From a virus, in the IMG/VR virus record IMGVR_UViG_3300020411_003715, positions 116,107 to 180,106 of that record: a stretch of 64,000 nucleotides of DNA, one strand, 5' to 3'. Position numbers and translations under genes: made by a program. The notes below the pieces were generated by a model. The model ran no database searches. It was not told the DNA's origin and saw only the letters and a program-made list of their open reading frames with translations. Positions 1-7,091 of this stretch are shown here, piece by piece; the first letter of the stretch is position 1; every line of letters begins with the position of its first letter.

Positions 1-408
1 ATTCCTGAGAATAGAATTTATAAGATTAAAGCCTACACGACAGCCAAGGACGAACTTTCTGATGATTTAGGCAGGGTTCCTTCAGTCCCTGAAATCGCAG
101 AGAGGCTTGGTTGGTCGTTAGCGGAAGCAAACCGGATGGATGCCGAGCTAAGGAATGATCTTATGACTCAAGGCTTTGAGGATGATCCCTATTCGATCAC
201 ACCCTCAAAGTCTGAAGAGGTTCTCAGACTTTTTAAGTATGAGCTTTCCGGTGATGAGAGAGATGTCTACGAGCACCTTACAGGCTTTGGGAAAAAACAA
301 CTCACGTCGACAAGCGAAATAGCTAAGCAGCTTAAAATGCCTGATTACCGCGTTAGTCGTCTTAAAAACTCAATTCAGAAGAAATTGAAGAGGTACTTAC
401 ATGACTAG
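1..408 (+). CDS. Sigma-70 family RNA polymerase sigma factor (regions 3-4), 5'-truncated
   Basis: Frame is open from base 1: IPENRIYKIKAYTTAKDELSDDLGRVPSVPEIAERLGWS resembles region 3 (ELGRxPTxxEIAExLG). C-terminal STSEIAKQLKMPDYRVSRLKNSIQKKL is a region 4 HTH. Confidence 0.85.
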   Translation: MPENRIYKIKAYTTAKDELSDDLGRVPSVPEIAERLGWSLAEANRMDAELRNDLMTQGFEDDPYSITPSKSEEVLRLFKYELSGDERDVYEHLTGFGKKQLTSTSEIAKQLKMPDYRVSRLKNSIQKKLKRYLHD

Positions 409-2059
409 CATGGGAAAAGAGGCGAATATCGCCAAGGTCCACTTTCTTATGAAAGAAAAGGGCATGAGCGCTAAAGAAGCTATTAAAGCGGCATACCCAG
501 AGTGGTCCGATGAAAAGGTTGCAGCTTTAGCCGCCAAACTCAGCGGCATGAAAGATGCTGGCATGGGCAAGGCTAAAAAAGAGGCCCCTGCGGAAGAAAA
601 GAAAGCGTCGGTCGAGAAGATGGAACGACTAGGCTTTAAGGACTCTCAGCGTGCTTTGATGCGCGGACTGTCTTCGGGAAAGCCCTCTGACCAGTCACTG
701 ATTGCCTCCAAGGACACAATTAAGCGACGACTTAAAGCCCATGGAAAAGGGGCACTTGTGGGTGCGCCCATTGGGGCTCTTGCTGGCCTTGCCCTTGCCC
801 CCAAGGGTGGACGTGCTCTCGGTGCGGCCCTCCTAGGCGCGGTCAGCGCGGGGGTTGGGGGGATTGTTGGGCAGACACGGTCTGATCAGAAGTTTTTGAA
901 GTCGAAAGGTATCGACATGAAGTGGCACGGACTTTCTGTAAAGATTACGCCCAAGGCTCGCGCCAAGTACTTCCCTGAGCACAAGTCACTTACTGACAAA
1001 ACTGCTGGGGTCAAGCTTGCCAAGCTGCGAGTGCATGACATCGAAGATGAGATTGGTGATTACCTAAGCGATGCGGATGAGACCAAAGTACGCCGCATGA
1101 TCACCAAGGCGAAGAAGAAAAGCTTCGCCATGCGCCATCCGATCTTAACGGGAATCCCCACGCTAGGGATCGCCCCAGCGATGGCAAACAATAAAGCTAA
1201 GATGAAGATCATTCGCCAGCTTGCGAAGTCTGACCCAAAGATGCGTAAGCAACTAAGGAAGATGCGTGAAACTAAGAGGCGAGAAGATCATGAGATGGCC
1301 GTCGCAAGAGCAGGCAGAACCAATGTCACGGTCAACGAGAAAAGCAAAGAGTCTTCCGTAAAGCTGGCTCAAAATGCGTTTACCGCACCGAAAAAAACAC
1401 ACACACCAATTAAACCAGCACCAACTAGAAAGACGCCTTCATATCCCAACATTGGGTCTGCAATCCGGTCTGCAGCCAAGCTCAATCGCCCACCAAGTAT
1501 TTCAGCAAGCCTTTTACCGAGGCCGTTCAAGCCGGTCGATCCCAATCGTCGTAGCCTCGGAGAGGCTATACAGGGGTCTGGGTGGGGAGCGAGAAACGAC
1601 ACACTCCTTAAACGGGAACAGGAGGGTAGACGCTGGCAGCTCCAGCAGCGCATCGACCGGGAGCGGAAGATGTTAGAACAGCAGCAGCAGCAGCAGCAGG
1701 GATTCAAAACAGCATCCGTTCAGCTAGTCGCCCTACAACGCGGCTCTGAGGCTCTTTATGAGGGCTACATACAAAAGCATGCTGTTTTGAATCCGGTAAC
1801 CACCGCTAAAGTCTCAAAGTTTTTTAAGGGCCTAATGACGAAAGCGAAGCCCGCAGCGAAAGCCGCAGGCGAAACGGTCAAGGGCTGGGGCTCTGCACTG
1901 GCAACCAAGTTCCCAGGAGCAACTAAGAAGGCAAAAGATGCTATTGCAGAATTTGTGAAGAACAACCCTAAAGCAGCAAAGGCGATCAAGGAAAACTGGA
2001 AGCCTGCCGCAGGCGGAGCCGCAGCGGGTGCTATTATTAGCAAGGCCATGAGTGATTAG
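401..2059 (+). CDS. Basic, modular probable internal head/ejection protein with glycine zipper and K-x-A motifs
   Basis: 552 aa ORF, Lys/Arg/Ala-rich. Gly-zipper GALVGAPIGALAGLALAPKGGRALGAALLGAVSAGVGGIVG; repeated KEA/KKAS/KTAG/KLA/KTAS/KHA; poly-Q7. Virion role is inferred from context. Confidence 0.55.
   Translation: MTSMGKEANIAKVHFLMKEKGMSAKEAIKAAYPEWSDEKVAALAAKLSGMKDAGMGKAKKEAPAEEKKASVEKMERLGFKDSQRALMRGLSSGKPSDQSLIASKDTIKRRLKAHGKGALVGAPIGALAGLALAPKGGRALGAALLGAVSAGVGGIVGQTRSDQKFLKSKGIDMKWHGLSVKITPKARAKYFPEHKSLTDKTAGVKLAKLRVHDIEDEIGDYLSDADETKVRRMITKAKKKSFAMRHPILTGIPTLGIAPAMANNKAKMKIIRQLAKSDPKMRKQLRKMRETKRREDHEMAVARAGRTNVTVNEKSKESSVKLAQNAFTAPKKTHTPIKPAPTRKTPSYPNIGSAIRSAAKLNRPPSISASLLPRPFKPVDPNRRSLGEAIQGSGWGARNDTLLKREQEGRRWQLQQRIDRERKMLEQQQQQQQGFKTASVQLVALQRGSEALYEGYIQKHAVLNPVTTAKVSKFFKGLMTKAKPAAKAAGETVKGWGSALATKFPGATKKAKDAIAEFVKNNPKAAKAIKENWKPAAGGAAAGAIISKAMSD
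1679..1699 (+). repeat. (CAG)7 trinucleotide repeat encoding poly-Gln
   Basis: Seven perfect CAG units read directly, in frame with the 552 aa ORF. Confidence 0.95.
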
Positions 2060-2332
2060 GTGGCGGAAGAAAAGGAAACCACGGAGGTCCCCGGACTTCT
2101 ATTACGGACGGCCGACAAGGATAAGTTCCTTGAGGACCTGAGAACGCAGACTTTGAGATTTCTCAAAGCGGAGAAGTACAGGCTTCAGGTAGAAAGAGAG
2201 TTTTTACTTAAATCCAAGGAAGGACTTAAGGACGCAGACAGCAAGAATAAAAGGCTTTCCGAGGTGCAGGTATACGCAGATGTAGCAAAGCTCCTAGGAA
2301 TAAAGATGCCAAAACAGGTTGAGGAAAAGTAG
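2060..2332 (+). CDS. Hypothetical protein (90 aa)
   Basis: GTG start abuts the previous stop; helical, charged sequence; fills the operon gap. Confidence 0.65.
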   Translation: MAEEKETTEVPGLLLRTADKDKFLEDLRTQTLRFLKAEKYRLQVEREFLLKSKEGLKDADSKNKRLSEVQVYADVAKLLGIKMPKQVEEK

Positions 2333-2353
2333 GAAGAGCTTTTTTGGTGGGCA

Positions 2354-3628
2354 ATGAAGGTTAAACTTGGAAAACGAGCGGTTCTCCCGTTCTTCGATAC
2401 GCAGAACGTAATGCCTGGAGGCGGCGGCCTAGAGGCATTTACTGTTACAGTTACTGACCCCGATGGAACAGACATCGCCACGGAGGACATGACTGCTGCG
2501 GTCGACGTACCAAACCTGTACACCAGCGCACCCATTCTTTTCTCCAAAGTTGGTAAATACACGAGGACGTACAAATATGGTGACGACCCCTCTGTAATCT
2601 TGCAGGACTACGTAGACGTTGGCCCGGACCCGGTGAGCGACCTCAAAAGAGGTGTCCCACAAACACTTATACTTGACCAGCGGGATGCTGGGGGGATAGG
2701 CGAGACCGTAACGGTAAAGATTGTAGACCAGAACCGCGCCTTGGTGTTGGACGAGACGGCTGCTGCATATTCCGCTGACGCGTCTGGGTACACGGCATCA
2801 ACAACCCTGTCCAAAGAGGGCCAGTACTTTATAGTCTGGTTTAAGCAGAACAACCTTAATCAGCAACAGCCGTTTATGTACGAGCACGCTCTTGTGCTTA
2901 CCCCATCGGGCGCTGAGCTTTGTAGTTTTGTTGTTGCAACATTAGAGGGTAATAACGGGAACCCGCACATTAATACTACTGTGGTTGCGAGCCTTTCAGA
3001 TGGAACAAAGGTCGCACAGGGCCTTACGGATAATGAGGGGAACCTATCGTTCAACCTAAACCCCGGAGCCCACGTGATAAGCCTGAATAAAGCAGGCACT
3101 GTTTTTTCAACCAACAACTTTGAGATCTCAGTAATAAACACTCGTGAGGCAGCAAAAGACCCGTCCCTTTATGCCGCCAGCGGAACCGAGATCCAAGCCT
3201 TCCAGCTAGTAACCAAGACGTTCTCACCTACGTTTACAGCCCCCGTATCTCCCGCCCCTATGTGCAAGCTCTACGCAGATGTGTTTAGGATGAACGGGAA
3301 GCCATTGGCTCACGCCACGGTGCAAGTAGGGCTTTTGCACAAAGCCCAGCTTTTTAGCGGAACTGCGGTGTTCGACACGCAGACCCAGTTTAAGATGGAC
3401 GCGAATGGGCACGTAGAGTTCGAGCTTGTCCAGGGAATACAGGTAGAGATTATTATCGCGCCTCTATCTATTAGGCGTGTTATAACTGTGCCGTCTGGTG
3501 CTGATGCTATGGACCTTGTTTCCGGCGAACTTATCCCGATCAACCTTTTGGACCTCATGGCGGGCGCTGATGATGTCTTTGACATAATTAAAGCGAAAGC
3601 GCCGTCGGCACCGAGGAGAACCCTATGA
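2354..3628 (+). CDS. Virion structural protein with tandem beta-sandwich (CnaB/transthyretin-like, tail-fibre N-terminal-like) domains
   Basis: Motifs VAQGLTDNEGNLSFNLNPGAHVISL and CKLYADVFRMNGKPL...MDANGHVEFELVQG; paralogous to 5813-6778. Confidence 0.6.
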   Translation: MKVKLGKRAVLPFFDTQNVMPGGGGLEAFTVTVTDPDGTDIATEDMTAAVDVPNLYTSAPILFSKVGKYTRTYKYGDDPSVILQDYVDVGPDPVSDLKRGVPQTLILDQRDAGGIGETVTVKIVDQNRALVLDETAAAYSADASGYTASTTLSKEGQYFIVWFKQNNLNQQQPFMYEHALVLTPSGAELCSFVVATLEGNNGNPHINTTVVASLSDGTKVAQGLTDNEGNLSFNLNPGAHVISLNKAGTVFSTNNFEISVINTREAAKDPSLYAASGTEIQAFQLVTKTFSPTFTAPVSPAPMCKLYADVFRMNGKPLAHATVQVGLLHKAQLFSGTAVFDTQTQFKMDANGHVEFELVQGIQVEIIIAPLSIRRVITVPSGADAMDLVSGELIPINLLDLMAGADDVFDIIKAKAPSAPRRTL

Positions 3629-4971
3629 GTTTTGACAGGGAACAAGCCTTGCTTCTCATGAGGGAGCTAACGAAGGAAGCCATGTATGGGGGGAAAGGTG
3701 CGCCAGGGGCGCAGCTACCGCCTGTTGCTGAGGGACAAAACACTCCCCCTAACTGGGCGATGAGCATGGACCAGAAGGCCCAAGGCACATCCCAGAGTAA
3801 TATGGGCGTGAGGTTAAACTTTAACCGGGCAAGCAAAAGCACTGCGGCGATGCACCGAAACCAGGGCTCTGTTATCCGATCTGCGGAAAGACAGAAGCCG
3901 AAGAAGAACACCGGTGGACTAGTGGGGCGCGCTGATAACATCGTGGCCCAGGAAAAGATATCGGTAGCCTCCGTTTTAAGTAAGCGGGAGGCGAAGGCTA
4001 GACTTGTTGAGCTTCTTCGCTCATCGGATAGCACCAAAGAGGCCTGGATCAGGAAAGAGGCCGCAGGCGGCCTTATTCTTCGAGGCCTCCAAGCAGCGAA
4101 AAACTTCGGCTCTAGGCTTTTTAGCGGGGCCGCTCGGACAGCCACTAAGCCTAAGCCTAAGCAGCTATCGTTTGACTTCGGTGGGGCCGCGTCAAGAACC
4201 AGACCCAGTGGGCCATACGCAAACCTGCCGTCCGCATCCCATGTCACATCCACAGGCCGGGGAACATCTCAGGCGGCAGGAATGGGGTCCCGACTCAGAG
4301 AAGGGGCCTCTAAGACAAAGCATTACCTGTCGCACAAGGGCTCAGGGTTTAAGAACGTCTACAAGCGAAAAGGCAGTGATGAGTTATTCACCTCCTATAG
4401 ACCCACAATGCTTCGACCGAAGAACTGGGAAGTGGTCCGAAAAGCACACCAGACCGGTGGCGCTGTACAGAGGGCGGTTAAGGGTATTGCTGGTGGCGCG
4501 GTTAAGGGCGGTCTCGGGGCATACGGCCTCTCATGGGCGCTAAACCGGGACGCTGCCTGGGATGATCCTAAACGACTCAATATGGCCCTTGGCGGGGCCG
4601 TGCTTTGGCCATCAATGTTTAGTGGCGGGCCAGCAGCCCTTGCCATGATGGGCGGCATGGCAGGGTCCGAAAAACTGAGGGGTGCCGCCGGAGGCTTTAC
4701 GCCTGCTGTCGGAGCCTTGTGGAACTCCAGGAACTGGAAAGATGGGGCCCCGTCAAAAACGCAGTCAACAATGGCAAATCTTACGGAAGCAACCACAAGG
4801 TATGATCCTAAAGAAACCAAGAAAGAGATTGACATGCTGAACCGAAGAGCTGCCGAAGCTGAGAAAAAATGGCTGGCCGAACAGGGCAGAAAAAAACGCG
4901 GGGAGACCAGCGGGGACCGAGCGGCAGCACAGACTCAAGCGAAGCAGGATAAACTCCTGCAGAAGAACTAG
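3625..4971 (+). CDS. Basic Gly/Ala-rich probable head/ejection protein with K-E-A motifs
   Basis: 448 aa; LTKEAM, STKEAWIRKEAAGG; hydrophobic Gly-rich segments near the C-terminus; ATGA overlap with the upstream stop. Confidence 0.55.
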   Translation: MSFDREQALLLMRELTKEAMYGGKGAPGAQLPPVAEGQNTPPNWAMSMDQKAQGTSQSNMGVRLNFNRASKSTAAMHRNQGSVIRSAERQKPKKNTGGLVGRADNIVAQEKISVASVLSKREAKARLVELLRSSDSTKEAWIRKEAAGGLILRGLQAAKNFGSRLFSGAARTATKPKPKQLSFDFGGAASRTRPSGPYANLPSASHVTSTGRGTSQAAGMGSRLREGASKTKHYLSHKGSGFKNVYKRKGSDELFTSYRPTMLRPKNWEVVRKAHQTGGAVQRAVKGIAGGAVKGGLGAYGLSWALNRDAAWDDPKRLNMALGGAVLWPSMFSGGPAALAMMGGMAGSEKLRGAAGGFTPAVGALWNSRNWKDGAPSKTQSTMANLTEATTRYDPKETKKEIDMLNRRAAEAEKKWLAEQGRKKRGETSGDRAAAQTQAKQDKLLQKN

Positions 4972-4974
4972 AGG

Positions 4975-5808
4975 GTGTCTATTATGATTTATAACAACGA
5001 CGAACAAATAAGCAGGCTTCACAGAGCGCTTCACAAGGTCGCCGCCAGGAAGCATGGAGAAACACAAGGCGTTGCTCTTGAGAAAGTTGCTCAGGCTGCC
5101 TTTTGTGATGAGCTATCGAACATAGACCCCGATTTTGAAAAAGTAGCGTTTGGTTGGTTAGACGTCGCCCTAACTGCTGCAATGTTTGTACCCGGGCTCA
5201 ACGTAGTTGCAGGTCTGGCCAGAGGCGCAGCCGTAGCCTATCGCGGGATCCAAGCTGCAAGAGCGGTTAATACGGCAGTCAAGGGCTTGAGCGCTGCGAG
5301 TAAGGTGAGAAACTACGCCCGAGGCTTGCGCGGAGTAACTCACGTAGGGAAGGGCCTCAAAGGAACTAGCCAGACCGCCCAGAAGTTCCGAGCGATGGCA
5401 AACCCAGCAAAACCACGACAGATGAATCTGTTCGGTCAGCAAGGGACGCAGGCGGCAACAAGGGGAACTGCCTCTAACGCACAAAGAGAGCTTGGTAAGC
5501 AACTTGGCACTCTCCAAAGGAAAACCCAGCGAGGGAATAGGTTCACGAGAATGCTTGGTCAGAACCAATCCAATATTCGCGCAAGCCAAGCACAGCAAGG
5601 GTTTAAGCACAGCATTAAGAGATCGCTCAAGGGACAGGCAAGCGTGCCCGGTTCGGCAGCGGCTTTTGGTGCGAATGCTTATTTTGGTGGCTGGGATGCA
5701 ACTAAGCGCCTGATGGACGGAACGAGCGGCAAGACCATGGGTCAGGGCGGCCCCGGGTACGGTGCGAAAGGGCTTTCCACCATGAAAAACCTCAACCGGG
5801 CGGGGTAA
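4975..5808 (+). CDS. Basic probable head/ejection protein with K-V-A motifs and hydrophobic hairpin (start may be ATG 4984)
   Basis: HKVAA, EKVAQAAFCDEL, EKVAFGW, followed by LDVALTAAMFVPGLNVVAGLARGAAVAY and a strongly basic tail. Confidence 0.55.
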   Translation: MSIMIYNNDEQISRLHRALHKVAARKHGETQGVALEKVAQAAFCDELSNIDPDFEKVAFGWLDVALTAAMFVPGLNVVAGLARGAAVAYRGIQAARAVNTAVKGLSAASKVRNYARGLRGVTHVGKGLKGTSQTAQKFRAMANPAKPRQMNLFGQQGTQAATRGTASNAQRELGKQLGTLQRKTQRGNRFTRMLGQNQSNIRASQAQQGFKHSIKRSLKGQASVPGSAAAFGANAYFGGWDATKRLMDGTSGKTMGQGGPGYGAKGLSTMKNLNRAG

Positions 5809-5812
5809 AGAA

Positions 5813-6778
5813 ATGGCAGAGGTATACGTGAAATGCAGGACAGCACTTCTTCCGGCTGGGGATCCGGTTGGGGACGTATACGTATCTCTTCACCATCTGA
5901 ATGACTATGCCCCCTTAGCAAGCGGCACTACGGACGCAGAAGGGTCTGTGTTTCTTGGGGACCGAGCGCCGGGACCATATGAAATACATATAACCACTAA
6001 TTTGCGAACCAGGATTGTCGATGGCGGATTACAAAAGATCACAGTCGTCAATGAAGACCTGAACGCAGATGGCAACAATGACCCTAATATATTCGACGTA
6101 CTAATAGACACTACGGAACTACCCCAGGCAACAGATGCCGCGTTCTGTCGGTGTTCGGGAAACTTCCTAGATGCATATGGAAAAGCTGTTGACGAGCTAA
6201 CCATCAGGTTTTCAGAGGGTCCCGAAGAGTTACCAAACCTAGTTTACTACCAGAACCAAAACACGGCACATGCAGTCATTCCCAGCCAAAGGGTTATCCG
6301 GACGGATGAGAATGGGTTTGCGTCAATAGATCTAATGCGGGGAGAGCAGTACACTGTGTACATGGAGGGGTATGAGAATATATCCAGAACAATAATTGTC
6401 CCTGATGCGGCCTCAGCACCGCTACCGGACGTTATTTTTCAGTACCCAGAATCAATTGAGTACAAACGCGATGGCGTTTTATTAAATCTTAATACCCCAA
6501 CAATCACACTTAATATCGGCCAAGAAGCCACCCTTGAGCTTGCAACAATCTTTAGAAGCGGGCTTCGGTTGGACGGTATTGTAGACATAAAGTTGTCTAT
6601 TCCAGAACAAGACATTATTAGTGGTAGCCAAGCAGATAACTCTTTAGTTATAACTGCTTTGTCCCAAGGAAGTGTAACGTTAGAGGTCACCCGTGTTAAA
6701 CCCGAGTCAGGAAGTGGAATCAAAGCACTACCAGACCCGGAGATGCGGGGTGCCCTCAGTGTCACTGTTAATCCCTGA
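5813..6778 (+). CDS. Virion structural protein with tandem beta-sandwich domains and a C-terminal Ig-like domain
   Basis: LASGTTDAEGSVFLGDRAPGPYEIHI; CRCSGNFLDAYGKAV...RTDENGFASIDLMRG; ends ITALSQGSVTLEVT...LSVTVNP. Confidence 0.6.
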   Translation: MAEVYVKCRTALLPAGDPVGDVYVSLHHLNDYAPLASGTTDAEGSVFLGDRAPGPYEIHITTNLRTRIVDGGLQKITVVNEDLNADGNNDPNIFDVLIDTTELPQATDAAFCRCSGNFLDAYGKAVDELTIRFSEGPEELPNLVYYQNQNTAHAVIPSQRVIRTDENGFASIDLMRGEQYTVYMEGYENISRTIIVPDAASAPLPDVIFQYPESIEYKRDGVLLNLNTPTITLNIGQEATLELATIFRSGLRLDGIVDIKLSIPEQDIISGSQADNSLVITALSQGSVTLEVTRVKPESGSGIKALPDPEMRGALSVTVNP

Positions 6779-7091
6779 TATTGAGGAGGCTGTTGGAAGA
6801 GGCAGCGGACGCCCGGTCCCTTGGTTTGTCAGGATGTGGGCTGCGGTTGTGCGTCGCGCAGCGGTAGACTGGGTTCTTTACCGAGAGCATAAAACAACTA
6901 AGCTCCGTAAAATAGGCGGCGACGCGGATCTCTGGATCTTTAGGGATGATGACCAAAAAAGGCTAAGCTCATTCTCCTCAGTATGCGATATTCTTGGTCT
7001 AGAGGCTGATCTTGTGAGGCAGAAGATCTCAGAGCTAAGCGAAGAGGACGCAAGACGACTACGAGGGATGGAGTTTGGCGATGACTGGTAA
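6693..7091 (+). CDS. Small conserved-type phage protein (true start probably near 6780-6834)
   Basis: Motif MWAAVVRRAAVDW...ADLWIF...SFSSVCDILGLEADLVR; the supplied 5' end overlaps the upstream gene, so it is probably too long. Confidence 0.6.
   Translation: MLNPSQEVESKHYQTRRCGVPSVSLLIPDIEEAVGRGSGRPVPWFVRMWAAVVRRAAVDWVLYREHKTTKLRKIGGDADLWIFRDDDQKRLSSFSSVCDILGLEADLVRQKISELSEEDARRLRGMEFGDDW

Noticed and set aside
1679-1699. (CAG)7 as a phase-variation switch
   Set aside because: A triplet unit keeps the reading frame, so slippage would only change poly-Gln length.
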